From: Mustelus asterias | Lineage: Eukaryota | Assembly (NCBI RefSeq): GCF_964213995.1 | Contig: NC_135818.1 | Coordinates: 53,258,001-53,322,000 of the forward strand | Length of the DNA: 64,000 nucleotides | Direction: 5' to 3' | Shown here: positions 1 through 13,849 of the stretch, piece after piece | How the letters are laid out: each line of letters begins with the position of its first letter | Numbering within the stretch: the first letter of the stretch is position 1 | Notes under the pieces: generated by a model | What the model was told of the DNA's origin: nothing | Databases searched by the model: none | What the model saw: only the letters and a program-made list of their open reading frames with translations | Made by a program: the position numbers and the translations under genes

Positions 1-253
1 ATCACCCATTACTGACCTAGGAAATGACAATAACCCAGCCCTCGACTTGCAAACTCCTCCTTACTAACATCAGGAGAGCTGTCCCCACAAACTCATAAAA
101 TAGCCTGACATTGCCATATTTGCAGAATCATACTTTACAGACAATGTCCCTGACAGCACCACCAAGTCCCCAGTTTGTCCTGTACCACCAAAGGTGGTGA
201 CTTTTGGACTGTGGGAGGAAACCGGAGCACCTGGAGGAAACCCACACAGACAT

Positions 254-681
254 AGAACATAGAACATAGAAAGCCACAGCACAAACAGGCCCTTCGGCCC
301 ACAAGTTGCGCCGATCACATCCCCACCTCTAGGCCTATCTATAGCCCTCAATCCCATTAAATCCCATGTACTCATCCAGAAGTCTCTTAAAAGACCCCAA
401 CGAGTTTGCCTCCACCACCACCGACGTCAGCCGATTCCACTCACCCACCACCCTCTGAGTGAAAAACTTACCCCTGACATCTCCTCTGTACCTACTCCCC
501 AGCACCTTAAACCTGTGTCCTCTCGTAGCAACCATTTCAGCCCTTGGAAATAGCCTCTGAGAGTCTACCCTATCCAGACCTCTCAACATCTTGTAAACCT
601 CTATCAGGTCACCTCTCATCCTTCGTCTCTCCAGGGAGAAGAGACCAAGCTCCCTCAACCTATCCTCATAAGGCATGCCCC
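254..681 (-). mobile_element. 5'-truncated CR1 LINE 3' end inserted in a V-SINE (205-740)
   Basis: ORF YEDRLRELGLFSLERRRMRGDLIEVYK...FFTQRVV..WN; (TTCTATG)n tail; the SINE sequence resumes after the insert. Confidence 0.9.
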
Positions 682-1411
682 CCATGGGGAGAACATGCAG
701 ACTCCGCGCAGACAGTGACGCAAGCCGGGAATCGAAGCTGGCTTGTGGTGACAAAAAGCTATATAGTCAAGAAAACATTGCCCTGGGAGTCGTCAACATT
801 GTTGATGGACCCCAATAAATCTTGTGGCATCAGGTCAAACATGGACAAGGAAACCCACTGATGATTACCATGTGCCGTGCCCCCTCAGCTGATGAAACAG
901 TACTCCTCCATCTTGAACATCACTTGGAGGAAGCACTGAGGATGTGCTCTGGGTGGAGGATTTCAATGTCCATCACCAAGAATGGCTCTTTAACACCACT
1001 AGTGACTGAGTTGGCCGAGTCCTAAAGACATACCTGCTACCCTGGGTCATGGTCAGGTGGTGAGAGCACCAACAAGAGGGAAAAACATACTTGAGCTCAT
1101 CCCATCTATCTGCCATAGCGGATGTATCTCCAGGACAATATTGGAAGGAGTGAGCACTGCACAGTCCTTGTCAAGACAAAGTCTATCTTTACCTTGAGGA
1201 TACTGTCCATCGTGTGGCACTACCACATGCTAAATGGGATAAATTTCAAACAATTCTGGAAATTCAAAACTGGGCATCTGTGAAGCACCGTGGGCCATGA
1301 AAAGCAGCAGAATTGTATACAGCCACAATCTGCAACATCATGGCCCAACATATTCCCCACTCTACCATTAAACCAGGGGATCAATCCTGATTCAACAAAG
1401 AGTGCAGGAGA

Positions 1412-1778
1412 GCATAGAATCATAAAATCCCTACCGTGCAAAAGGAGGCCATTTGGTCCATCGAGTCTGCACCGACTCTCCGAATGAGCATCTTACCCAG
1501 GCCCGAAGTCCCTCCACTACCCTATCCTTGTAACCCCATCCATATACCATGACTAATCCACTTAACCTACAGATCGTTAGACACTAAGGGACAATTTAGC
1601 ATGGCCAATCCATCGAACCTGCACATCTTTGGACTGTGGGAGGATCCAGAGGAGACCCACACAGACACGGGGAGAATGTGCAAACTCCACACAGACTGTC
1701 AACCATGGTAGGAATTGAACCCGGGTCCCTGATGCTGTGAGGCAACAGTGCTAACCACCGTGCTACCATGCTGCCCAC
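1412..1778 (-). mobile_element. tRNA-derived V-SINE (HE1-like)
   Basis: GGTAGCACGGTGGTTAGCACT head, GTGTGGAGTTTGCACATTCTCC V-domain, CR1-like tail. Confidence 0.85.
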
Positions 1779-2976
1779 ATGGCATGCCAGAAGCAACATC
1801 AGGCATACCTAAAAATGAGGAGTCAGCTTGGTGGAGCTATAACACATGACGACTTGCAAGCCAAACAAAGGAAGCAGCAAAGCAATATTTCTAAGCGATC
1901 CACATCCAATGGATCAGATCTAAGTTCTGCAGTCCTGCCACATTCAGTCATGAATGATGGTGGATGATTAAACAACCAACTGGAGGAGGAGGCTCCACAA
2001 ACATCCCTAATCAATGATAGGGTGCCCGGCACATTAGTGCAAAAATCAAGGCTGAAGTATTTGCAATCATCTTCAACCAGAAGTGCCGAGTTGATGATCT
2101 ATCTCTGCCTCCTGCTGAAGTCCCCAGCATCACTGATGCCAGTCTTCAGTCAATTCGATTCACTCCACGTGATATCAAGAAATGGCTGAAAGCACTGGAT
2201 ACAGCAAAGGCTATGAGTCCTGACAACTTTTCAGCAAAAGCACTGAATACGTGTGCTTCAGAACTAGCTGTGCCCCTAACCAAGCTGTTCCCCTAACCAA
2301 GCTGTTCCAGTACATCTACAACATTGGCATCTACCCAGCAATGTGAAAATTGCCCAGGAATGTCTTGTCCATAAGAAGCAGGATAAATCCAACCCAGCCA
2401 ATCAGTCTCCTCTCAATCATCAGCAAAATGATGGAAGACATTATCAAGCGGTACGTACTCAGCAGTAACTTGATCACTGACGGTCAGTTTGGGTTCTGCC
2501 AGGGCCGCTCAACTCCTGATCTCATTATAGCCTTGGTTCAAACATAGACACAAGAGCTGAACTCAACAGCTGAGATGAGAGTGACTGCCCTTGACATCAA
2601 GGCAGCCAGAGTGTGGCATTAAGAAGCTCTAGCAAAATTGCAGCTTTTGGATTCTTCTAATAGGAACTAATTAATGAAATATTGACTCACATGGTATGGG
2701 AAGAATTATAGATACATGGCAGGGCAGCTAAGAAAAGGCAGCAATTGGAAAAGGCTAATATTGAAAATAAGCGTCCAAGATTATGTGCAAAGATTGGGAA
2801 CAATGGTAAATAGAAGAAATGTGATTTTCTTCCTGAAACAATTTATAATAAAAATGCCATTAAATATCTTGCTGTTTATCAAATTGTTCTTTCAGCAACT
2901 TCAAAGTGTGTTTAATGGTCTTCTGCAATAGGACATCAGATTATTTGTTGCTAATTGATGTTGATGTTTTTTTCAG

Positions 2977-3111
2977 ATACAGTGCTTCGCAATATTATGA
3001 AAGCTTTCCAGAATTGAAAGCGGTGGTCAATCAGATCGCAAGTGGATATTTTTCTCCAAACCAACCGGAACTTTTCAGTGATATTCTGAATATGCTTTTT
3101 CACCATGACAG
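2977..3111 (+). CDS. PYGL: Glycogen phosphorylase, third-to-last coding exon ([45 protein letters not shown])
   Basis: Bounded by tttcag| and |gtaatt, 135 bp, phase 2/2. Matches the phosphorylase C-terminal region (PEL..V..QI..G.FSP..P.LF.DI.NML..HDR). The paralogue call (PYGL vs PYGB) is less certain than the family call. Confidence 0.9.
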
Positions 3112-3687
3112 GTAATTCCTTTTAAACATCATTAATGACATCTCTTTCCTGTCTGTTTCTCCCAAAAATGAAGACTCAATTCTATCTTCCCTCTTACTTT
3201 AGCAGTAACCATCTTCTCTTCACTAATTCCCAGTTATAGCAGCTCTTCTCTTGAAGAAAAGTACTTTACAGAGCTATGAGGAAAAGGGAGTTGGTTTAAT
3301 TGGGTAGTTCTTCAAAAAAGCCAGCAGATACACAATGGCCTTCTTCTGTGCTGTATCATTCTATATCCTATTATATGACACTCAAGATTGTGTTATAGCC
3401 TGAAACTGAATAAAGCATTACTTTGTGGATAATTTATAGTTTACTCACTACCTTACAATCTTCTGATAATTGATAATTAATGACAGGTTGAAGGCATAAG
3501 ACGAATTATAATTGAAACTTCAATTAAACAGTTGTTTCATATTCTACTTGGTTCAATATACTGCTTTTTGGACAAAGGAACCCTGAAATTCCTAGTAGCT
3601 GCAGCAGCACAGATAGGGCTAAACTTCCATCTGTTGACTGCCCCCAGTGCTGACTTGGTTGGATTTCCCAGTGTCAGAAAATTTCAC

Positions 3688-4454
3688 GGGGGCGATTCTC
3701 CCCCAAAAAAACTGTATGTCTAACAAGCGGGCAAATGGGAGCACTAAGTGGGCCACTGCGCATGTGCCAATTTGTCAATGGGGAGATCGGTGCATGCGCA
3801 CTGGCCTCACCATCGCCTTCCCCCAATCAACGACTTCCTGATCTCCCCCACCCTCCCTCCGGGCCAGACCCAATCGGAAGCCACAGGCCCCCAGTCGCGC
3901 TTCACCCCCCCCCCCCCTCCCCCTCCCCCTCCATGTACAGTCCCAATCGCCTCCTCCCTCCCTCTCCCATCGATCCCATTGCAGAGTGCGGTGGAACCCC
4001 CCCCCCCCCCATGACCACCAATCGGCCCCTACCCTCTGTGAGCCCACTCCCTGGCACTGCCAGGGTGCCTGGAGGGCAGTGCCAGTGCCCGTGCCCCTGA
4101 CCTCAATGGCCTCTGTCCCCACCAGTGGGGTGATCATGCCTTGTTCCTGTTGATGGGGACCACTGTAATCCCCGCTGGTGGGAACCTCTCCCAGCGGGCG
4201 GGGGGGGAGACACTAATGGGCCCGGAGACTACCATCTCAGGCTTGCTAATCATATTGAATTTGGGATTACAATATGGTAATCAGCCTCGCACCGACTTCC
4301 GGCGCAAGGCTGATTACGCCGAAAAACATTGCCTGGGAAACTTGCGATTAGCCGGACGCTGCTCGTGAGTCCCGCTACAGGTCCCATGCTGATTTCCCCC
4401 AGCCCGCTGTGCTACACGAGCAGCACAGCGGGCCGGGACGGGAGAATCATCCCC
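3688..4454. mobile_element. GC-rich non-autonomous DNA transposon with short TIRs (Harbinger-like)
   Basis: Ends GGGGGCGATTCTCCC ... GGGAGAATCATCCC(C); possible 3-bp TSD CAC. Confidence 0.65.
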
Positions 4455-4951
4455 ACATGTTTTGGAGTTCACCAATGTGGTTTTGGCAAAACTGTTGTAC
4501 CCATTCCAACGGGAGGAAGAATTTATTTTGTAGCTGCACCAGGCAAAGGGTTGGACAGCCTGATGTCTAAATTTTCAGCTTTGCTAGTGTTCGGAAAGTC
4601 AACATTTAAAAAGTTGCTGAGCTTCATGTCCACCAGGACTCAGCTCAGCAATTCACCGTATTCCTGATTTGGGAGTAAAGGCTCTTAGACCCTTATTGTG
4701 ACCTCAGCAGCTGTGCTTCAATAATGTTTCATTCAATAGTATCTTTGAAGAAGAGAGCATTTATAAGTAACAATCTTCGCCAAGTATTTGCAGAGCTTTA
4801 GAAGTGGGATGAAAAGAGTGTTCCTTGACACCCAGATTTCCTAATAATTGTTAAAGCTAAGCAATTTCAAGCCTGTAAAGTACAACTCTAATTTATAACA
4901 ACCTTTTGTTCTTATGTTTTAATGGTGTTTCAAATTATTATTCATGTCCAG

Positions 4952-5018
4952 GTTCAAAGTGTTTGCTGACTTTGAATCATATGTCCATACTCAAGAGAAA
5001 GTCAACCAGTTATACCAG
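4952..5018 (+). CDS. PYGL: Glycogen phosphorylase, penultimate exon (FKVFADFESYVHTQEKVNQLYQ)
   Basis: Bounded by gtccag| and |gtcaga, 67 bp. Phase-compatible with both neighbouring exons; FKVFAD motif. Confidence 0.92.
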
Positions 5019-6030
5019 GTCAGAATACTGTACTCCCGACACAATTGTTTATCTAAACCTTTACATTTAAAATGGATAAGCAGCTAAATATTCCAGAGCT
5101 ATCCTTAATATCAGTCTTTATATATAACAAATAATCTATTGTATGGCATTTAAAACTATCAATGTATTGTATGCTTTGATCACTGTGTTAAAAAAAATAC
5201 CTTGGATGGAGTAAAATACAAGGAAAATAGGTTGCAAGTCGGTAGAAAGCAAGTAATAAGTGGTCATAGATAGTGTGAAAGATGGAACAAGTGTGTAGAA
5301 TTTGATGGAGGCATGTCTACAATGAACAAGTTCCTATGCTTCCAATATGGCGAGAAGCAGTGTACATTTACTACAAAACTGAAATGTCCTACCCACTATT
5401 TCAGTACAGACAAAAAATAGACATCCAGGAGCCACATCCTTCTGTGGCTCCTAGGATCTGGGAGCATTGAAAGTGACTCAGTGTCTAGAGTCTGTAGTCA
5501 TTGGTATAGAACAAATACACCACAAATGTAGGCTTGCCCTTGTGAGATCATAAATGTGGCCTTGACTGCCAGTTTCAGGGTTTAGCATTTCTAAAGCCCA
5601 GAGAGTTAGTTGAGGGAAGAGGAAAAACTACTTACCTGCTGCCCCGTCCTCTTTAGATTTCTCCCAATCCAACCCGACTCCAAGACTCTCCAGTCTGAGG
5701 TGGATTCGGGAGTAAGCTCTGTTGTTCAATTTTTGAATTGTCAATATGTTTGAACAGCACATAGAAACACAAGGAGGAAGTTGAGATGAAAAGGCAGGAC
5801 ACCCTCTTTTATCCTCAATTCCCTTGCAATACTGTACATATAATTAGTAGATCCATTATGGGGAGGATGGCTTAATGGAGGTACAAAAATCCTCTGTCCT
5901 CTTTCCTTTCCACAAAACCTGAGAACTGAACTGTATCACCCAAAGGACTGATGTTTTCATATATCTTGATAATACATCCAACAGAAAAAAATGTGGCTTT
6001 TATGTTTTGTCTACCTGTACATTTTTACAG

Positions 6031-6186
6031 AACCCAAGAGAATGGACCAAAATAGTAATTAAAAACATTGCTTCTTCTGGGAAGTTCTCCAGCGATCGCG
6101 CTATTACCGAGTATGCCCGTGATATCTGGGGTGTTGAACCCAAAGCCTTGAAGATTCCTGCTCCTAACGATTCAAAGGATACCTAG
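6031..6186 (+). CDS. PYGL: Glycogen phosphorylase, last coding exon ([51 protein letters not shown])
   Basis: ttttacag| acceptor; [14 protein letters not shown] motif; TAG at 6184-6186. Confidence 0.92.
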   Translation, partial: NPREWTKIVIKNIASSGKFSSDRAITEYARDIWGVEPKALKIPAPNDSKDT

Positions 6187-6283
6187 AACACCAGCGTTAA
6201 GTTTTGAATACATTACTTTATACAATTATAGGCATGGAGGGGAAGTATGCAGCAGTTTGGCTGGCCTTTTTCAATTTCAATCA

Positions 6284-6289
6284 AATAAA
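6284..6289 (+). terminator. Candidate polyadenylation signal of the phosphorylase gene (a distal AATAAA also occurs at 7836-7841)
   Basis: AATAAA about 100 bp after the stop codon. Confidence 0.45.
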
Positions 6290-6654
6290 GCGTCTTAAGT
6301 TTAGAATTTAGTATTTTACAATGCCTAATATTGTTTGCGATTTACAGTTAAGTATTTGATAATTACAGGGCTTAATTTCTACAGAAATACTGTAGAGCAA
6401 ATGTTTTTGCCTATGCTTCTCATAAAAGCATATTCTATATTTTTATTAAATGCAGTTTAACTTTCAAAAGTAGAGAAGAGTTGATGTCCAACCACATTTT
6501 TACTTAAAAGAACAATGTTTTAATTTGCCAAGTCAATGCCATATTTTCATCACAAATAGATGGTTAACTAAAGCACAAGTATTTACAGTTCCAGGTGATT
6601 TTTCCAAGCTATAGATCCATGGATACCTAAATTATTTTATTTATTTGTTCAATC

Positions 6655-6948
6655 ACCATGGTGGCACAGTGGTTAGCACTACTGCCGCACAGCTCCAGGG
6701 AGCTGGATTCAATTCCGGCATTGGATGTCTGTGGGGAGTTTGCATGTTCTCTCTGTGGGTTTCCTCCGGGTGCTCCGGTTTCCTCCCACACTCCAAAGAT
6801 ATGTGAGTTAGGTTGATTGGCCATGATAAATTGCCCCTTAGTGTCAGGCGGATTAACCTGGATTATGAGGTTAGGGCCTGGTGGGATTGTTGTCGGTGCA
6901 GGCTCAATTGGCTGAATGGCCTCCTTCTGCACTGTAGGGATTCTATGA
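6655..6948 (+). mobile_element. V-SINE (HE1-like)
   Basis: Near-full-length copy ending GCACTGTAGGGATTCTATGA. Confidence 0.85.
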
Positions 6949-7849
6949 ATAAATGGAATCTGAGAGGTTGAGGTTATCATCCTTGCCTTGATAAAACAAT
7001 TTTCAATACTGCTGTATTGAAGGTATTTTCTGTCCTTGGTTTTTGAATTTCCTGTCATGAACAACAGATTTCTATGTTGACTTCTGCTCCAGAAGTGTTT
7101 ACAATCTTCTATATTGCTTACATTCTAAAAAGTCTATATTCAGTGGTCTACTTATTGAATCACTGTCCATGCTTCTGTTGCGAAGCACTCAGCTGTACAA
7201 CGTTCCCATTCAGGGGTAACAAATAGGTTGACAAAACCAGATTTACCATATTATCTGAATGTTTGTCCAGCATCATCAGGAATGAGTCATAATTTAAGAA
7301 TATTGATGCTTCCCATTCTCACCAAAAACTCCACACTCTAGTCTAACCCGTTCCCAGTGCCAGCTGCATGTTTTTTTCTGTCTTTTGTGGCTCAGTTGGT
7401 AGCGGTCTCACCTCTGAGTCACAAGGTTCAAGTCCCATTCCCAGGACTTGAGCAGAAAATTCAAGGCTGTTTACTACATCCTGACCCACAAAATTCTACC
7501 CCACCTTGGCACCTCCCCCACCCTACATCTCAGAGTTTGCATTTTCTGCCCTTTTGAGTCTTACTTGTTTAATTTTTCCCACCCATTCTGTACCAGCATC
7601 AGCAGCAACCAGTCAATCTTCAGCATCCAGAATTGAAAGTAGGGTCAGATGGCAGTCACGGGTTTATATATAAATACATACAGCCTCTAATAGAGGAACA
7701 GCTAACTTCTAAATGGGTTTGGCTTATAATAATGGAAGAGTTATGTATTTTGTTATTTTATGATGTGCAAAGTGGCAGCGAATTGATTGAATCTCACTGA
7801 AAACTGTATTCTATTTATTCATGTATTTCATGTAAAATAAATCTACATA

Positions 7850-9160
7850 AGTGCTCAGTTGCCCTCTTCTCACTGGGGTAATTATCAGTGTACAATGCAA
7901 AAGGACAGAGCACACACGTGGCAACACATGTGAAATCATCAGGAGAAATTTTCAATTTGCATCCAAAACAGACACACAAAATGGACAGTATTTTGGGCTA
8001 CAAAAGGACTCCAATGACCACAACCATTTTACTTTGTGCTACATGAGTCTCCAACTAATGGAAAGCACCAATTTCCTCTTAATGAGCCAACTGGTCTCTC
8101 AGAACTTTGCTTTTCACACAAAGGTTTCCAATCTTCACTCTTGAAGAATTTGCCTTGGAATTTACTCCCAAACAACTGTTTCACTTTCTCTTCAACAAGA
8201 ATCCAACTTTTGATGTTCCTCTCCCCTGGATCGCCATATGCATTCAAGCTTTGCCTTCCACATATACTCTCAGATTCTCAGCCAGACCAACAGACAATAC
8301 CTCTATGCAAATCCATTGTAAGGAGTCACCACACTTTGGCTGGCTCCTTGAATCTTCTGGCTATTTGCAAGACCATTTTTGTCTTGATTCTGCTCCTCGC
8401 AGCTTTCTCTTTTTAATTTGGAACCTTTTCATCTGCTCCTTACTTTAATTTCACTGAACAGGACCTTATTCAGATTCTCGTTCTTATTCCTTAAATTAAG
8501 TGTCTTCCTGACCTTTTTACCCCACTCCGTTTTTTTAGGACCGTCTCCTGTTCCTTTGGGAAATCTACTTTCTGCAATTCCTTCTGCCCAGTTCCTCCTC
8601 GCACCTGCTTCCAACTGAACTAAGCTAGTTTTCTGTTTCTCCCTAGCTCTCTGTTGGTTTCCTGTTGCTAGACAAAAGGACAGTTTTTCTACTTTTAGAA
8701 TCGTAAGTGTCATTAAAATACAGGTTTACAAACAAAGCTTCAGACTTGCTATCTCCCTCTGAGAAAACTCTAAACGAAACTGGACCCAGGCTTTGCCTTT
8801 TTAACCCATAAATAAGGGAAAGCCAACTAGAAATATATAGGAGTCCAAAGAAGTGCAGGTTAGGTGGATTGGCTATGCTTTAGTATCCAAAGATGTGTAG
8901 GTTAGGTGGATTGGCTATGCTAAGTTGCACCTTAGTGTCCAAAGATGTGTAGGTTAGGGGGATTAGATGAGTAAATACATGGGGTTACAAGAATAGGATA
9001 CTGTCAGAGAGTTGGTGAAAACTCGATGGGCTGAATGGCCTTCTGCACTGTAGGGATCTGATACTAAATAAAGAACATAAATTCAACAAAAGCTATATCT
9101 TGTTTTGAATACCCATAAATACGAATATAACTTACTCAAAACTATCTCTAGTTCCTAACA
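7850..9160 (-). mobile_element. Probable degenerate LTR related to the LTR at 26299-27490, with a V-SINE fragment at ~8840-9062
   Basis: Minus strand begins TGTTAGGAAC; 9080-9160 resembles 27400-27490. Confidence 0.4.
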
Positions 9161-9169
9161 ACATCTACT

Positions 9170-9827
9170 GCTTCCCTTCCTGATTGTCGTGATTGTTTAC
9201 TAAGTGCCCCGAAAATCGGGGCGAGGCTTATTACCATATTGAAATCTGAATTTCAGTATGTAGTGAGCCCGGGTCAGTAGTCCCTGGTTTTGCTAGTGTC
9301 ACAAACCACCCTGCCCCTGCTGGGAGAGGTTCCTACCAGTGGAGATTAAAGTTGGCCCCATTCAAGGGGGAACCAGATGTGATCACCCCGCTGGTGGGGA
9401 CAGAAGCCATTGAGGTCCCCCCAGGAGGTTGGGGACAAGGGGGATGCCCCTGGGGCAGTGCCCACCAGGCACACTGGCACAGCCCATTGAGCACTCGGCA
9501 GTACCAAGAGGGCAGGGCCAATCGGTAGTGCTGGTTGGGGGGGCGGGGGGGGAAACAGGGGTGGGCCGTTGTGCACTCTGCAATGGGATCAGCAGGAGAG
9601 GGAGGGCGGAGGCGATCCAGGCTGCACAGAGGGGGGTGATCAGGGCTGACCTCTCATGTGGGATTGGGACCTGCCTGCCCTTTACCAGGGTGAATCCCCC
9701 TGAAACATTCTGTGGAACACAGATGCCGGAGATTTGTGAAACTAAGTACACCTAAAAAACAGGTGGGAAAATATCCCGTTTTCTCAACTGTTGGACACTT
9801 GGGGTTTTTTTTGGAAGAATCACCCCC
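9170..9827. mobile_element. GC-rich TIR element, same family as 3688-4454
   Basis: Terminus TTTTTTGGAAGAATCACCCCC; internal similarity to the reverse complement of 4050-4200. Confidence 0.55.
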
Positions 9828-9839
9828 AATATCTTTTAT

Positions 9840-11950
9840 AGTTTTCAATATTTTCCATTTGACATATATGAAGCTAACTAGTCTATAATTTCCAGCTTTC
9901 TGTCTCCCTCCCTTTTTGAGTAAAGGAGTTATCATTTGTTATTTTTCAATCTAATGGAGGCCAGAATTCTCTGGCCGTTCACTGCCACTTGGCGCTCAGC
10001 CAAATCTCTGTTCACTGTAGCAGGACTGGAGAATCCAAGCTGTGGGTGAGGTCAGAGAATCCAGTTTCAAATCTTCCCTGAATCTAAGGAATTTTGGAAA
10101 ATTAAACCAATGCATCAACTATTTCAGTAGCCACTCCTTAAGACCCCACGAGGAAGTCCATCAGGACTTGAGTTTCGTGGCCCACAACTGCCAACACTTT
10201 GCTCAATACCACTTATTTCCATGGTGATTTAATTTTCCTGAGTCCTTCCTTCCATTTCCTGATTTACAGCTATTTCTGGAATGTTACTTGTACCCTCTAT
10301 GGTGAAGACTGATGCAAAATACTTGTTCACTTCATCTGCCATCTTACTTTCATTATTAATTTCCCAGACTCGCTTTCTATACGACAACATTCACTTTGTT
10401 AATTAATTCTTTTATTTAAATATTTATGGAAATTCCATAGAATCGCTCCAGTGCAGAGAGACCATTCAGCCCAACAAGTCTACAACAACTCTTGGAAAGA
10501 GCATCCCACCCAGGCCCTCCCCTCTGCCCTATCCCCGTAACCCTATGCATTTACCATAGCTAATCTACCAAATTTACACATCTTTGGACACGAAGGGCAA
10601 CTTAGCATGGCCAATGTTCCTAAGCTGCACATCTTTAAACTTCTACACCTACTATCCATCTTGATAATTCTAGTTGACTTTCACTTGTACATAATTAATC
10701 CCTCCTGATTAATAGTTTTGTCATTCTTTGCTGTTCATTATATTCTGTCCAATCTTTTAGCTAGCCATGAATGGTAGGTCCTCACATTGAAATTTTTCTT
10801 TCTCATTTTAACATTGTCTATTCTGTGCATTCTGAAATATCCCTTTAAATGTCTGCCACCGCATCCCTATCAAACTGTCTCTTAACCTCATTTGCCAGTT
10901 TGCTTTTGCTAGCTCTGCTTTCATGCCCTCATAATTGCCATTATTTTAGTTTAAAATATTAGTCTTAGACCCACTCCCTCAAACTGAAATGTAAAATTCA
11001 ATTGTATTATGATCCCTACTACCAAGGGGTGCCTTCACTATGAGGTCATTAATTAATTCTATCTCATGTCAAAATACCAAATCTAGTATAGGCAGCTCTC
11101 TGGTTAGCTCCAGAACATGCTGTTCCAAGAACCTATCCCAAAAGATTCTATGAACTCATCTACGCCACCTTTGCCCATCAGATTTTTCCAGTGCATGTGT
11201 GTAATAATTGCAGTTCACCGGTTAAATAAATAACATCTGCAATGTTTACTAACATTATTATAATAGAGGCTTGCAGCCTCATGGCTGAGAAGGATAATAG
11301 AATCCCTACAGTGCAGAAGGAGGCCATTCGGCCCATCGTGTCTGCACCAACCACAATCTCACCCAGGCCCTATTCCCTTAACCCACATATTTACCCTGCT
11401 AATCCCCTGACACTAGGGTCAACTTACCATGGCCAACCTAACCCGTACATCTTTGGACTGTGGGAGGAAACCAAAACAGAGGAAACCCACACAGACATGG
11501 GGAGAATGTGCAAACTCCACACAGACAGTCACCCGAAGCCAGAATTGAACCCGGATCCCTAGAGCTGTGAGGCAGCAGTGCTAACCACTGTGCTACCATG
11601 CTGCCCACATTCTGTTCTGGAACAGAAACCCAACTCACAAGGGTGATCCCCACGCTGCTCTCCAATTGGTACGCTGGGTCCTGTGACACTTTGCAGATGG
11701 ATCCTTAAAGGGACAATCACCACACCATGTAGATTAAAACCCCCCATGATTATCACTATATCTTTCTGACATGCTCCCATTATCTCTTCTATATTCCATC
11801 CTACCCTGTAGTTACAATTAAGGGGCATGTATACCACTCTCACAAGTGATTTCCTGCCTTTTTCACTTTTCATCTCAATCCAAACCACTTCTACATCCTG
11901 CTTTCCTGAACTTGGGTTATTCCTCTCTAATGTGCCAATGTTGATTGTCT
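9840..11950 (-). mobile_element. Old CR1 LINE fragments with V-SINE insertions (10436-10635, 11297-11607)
   Basis: ITPLLKKGGRQKAGNYRLVS (RT) and IIMGGFN (APE-like) remnants. Confidence 0.7.
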
Positions 11951-12954
11951 GAGTCAATGCAAGAATGGTAATTTGGCAAGACATTGGACAAAAGTCACGA
12001 GTATTGTGCATCTCCACAAGTTGTCATCTTCAGAAGAGGGGAAATAATTAGAAGGCAACCTAGATAATGGTCTTCCTAAAGCTCATTTTATATAATAATA
12101 TTGACTATTTACTGTGTGCCTACCCCAGTCCAACGCTGGCAACTCCACAATATAGACTGTAAAACTGAAATACAAAATTAATTTCATCTTCACTGCAACT
12201 GTTTTGGATACAAACTAGTTTTACATTAACAGTTAAGCAATTTTTCATGTCTCCTTAAACACTCTAATGAAATTTTAAAAAGATTTATCTCATGTAATTT
12301 TGGTCCCACTCCTATTTTGGAGTTTCTAGTATGATGTTCAAAATGAGGAATGAAACACATTTTCACATCAAGGATTCAAGCATGATCAGTTTTTGCCACA
12401 TGTGGTACAACATACTCACAGGTGTTCTGCCCAACAATGTGCCGGAATACAATCTTAGAGGAACTCCTCTACTTCACTACTGTGGATTTGCCACCCTTGT
12501 CAACAGATTCTTAATGGCTTCTCTAAATTGGTATTGCCAAATGGCAAACTTTACTGCAGATCTGTGCCTATGACCAAGAGTGTTACTATAGAAAATCATT
12601 GATAGAGAAGCTTTGACAAAAAGGCTTTTCATTCTGAGTCTGATCACGTTTAGTTCAGTGTCCAAAGATGAAAAACAATCAGTCTTGGACTGCACAGCTT
12701 CATGTTTACAGTATTATGATTTAAATTTCATATCAATAGCCATTGTAAACTATTGCAATAAACTATCAGATGAGAGAGAAATTATGCAGTAGATCTCCAG
12801 AAACAAAATGAATCCTGTTCACTGAAGTTAAATATTGCCCTTGCAGTTGCACTCACCAAAACACTTGATCAAGTGAGTATACTAACTCAAGCTGAATTGT
12901 TTTAGAATTGGAAGATAAACTATTGTTCTCCATATAAAACACTTCAAGAGCTGT

Positions 12955-12960
12955 TTTATT
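12955..12960 (-). terminator. Candidate polyadenylation signal of the ABHD12-family gene
   Basis: AATAAA on the minus strand about 110 bp after the TAA stop. Confidence 0.5.
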
Positions 12961-13071
12961 TAGATTTTAATGCAACAAATTACAGAATACAATTATTTAC
13001 AGCTAGTGAAACGAGCAGTCTCAGAATGTACAAAATAAATCTGTAATACATACAACAGAACTGTACTGTCA

Positions 13072-13114
13072 TTAGCAGTGCCCAAGTTCAATATCTGTGG
13101 TCTTGATAAAGTCT
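13072..13114 (-). CDS. ABHD12B: ABHD12-family lipase exon 13 (last; KDFIKTTDIELGHC*)
   Basis: Polypyrimidine acceptor ttttgcctttctcaatttcag|; phase 2 matches exon 12. Equivalent to the ABHD12 'REFL' terminal exon; followed by AATAAA. Confidence 0.75.
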
Positions 13115-13849
13115 CTGAAATTGAGAAAGGCAAAATCTAGTCATTCAAACACAATCTTTATAACATGGAGTTAATAATCTGGACAACTTTATAGAAAACC
13201 AAACTTTATATTGAATTCTATTCATTTAACTTTCTAGTATTGCAGTCACATCACACAGGAAACACATCTAGAGGATGTAGAATCTTATTTTCTATTTTGT
13301 GAGCTTTGCTGTTCATTATTCGGAGCTACATTTTAGGTTTTAAGGACCAATCAATAACAATTGCAGTCTAATCAATATCACACTCAGGTATCCCGTAAGT
13401 ACAGAATTGATTATGAATGGTATTGGCAGCCATAGCAAATTGATTTTTTTTCCACCCGATGGTATATTTGGATGGATGTTCAACCCAAAGACGCTTTTGG
13501 CAACAGCAGTCACCCAGTTCCTTAAACATACACTAAAGGCAGCATTCATAAATCCTGCTAGCAGCAAATCTAAAGCTATGGTTTGCTGTACTTGAAACAT
13601 ACTCCCATAATCACCTTTTCTGAACCTTATACACATCAGTTGTTTGAAGAATCTATTCTACTGTGGGGCAGATAGTTTAATATGATGGCTGGTCCCAGTG
13701 ATTACAGAAAAAGATCCACAATGGCAAGTACTAGAAGACGTGTGAGTTATACTTTCTGCAGTAGTGAAAAAATATCTACACAGGGAAGGAAGAATCCAAT
13801 GTTCAAAAATCTAATTACTGGAAAATTAAGCAACATCAGGTGTGGTTTT

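Larger units (their letters stand above)
1..2640 (+). mobile_element. Degenerate non-LTR retrotransposon (LINE family 'B', CR1-like) interrupted by SINE and CR1 insertions
   Basis: Frameshifted RT remnants (PISLLSIISK.ME, QFGF..GRS.PDL, ALDIKA). Same family as 50130-51995. Confidence 0.75.

Noticed and set aside
3735-4137. Overlapping Pro/Gly-rich ORFs
   Set aside because: Artefacts of G/C tracts in a non-autonomous TIR element.
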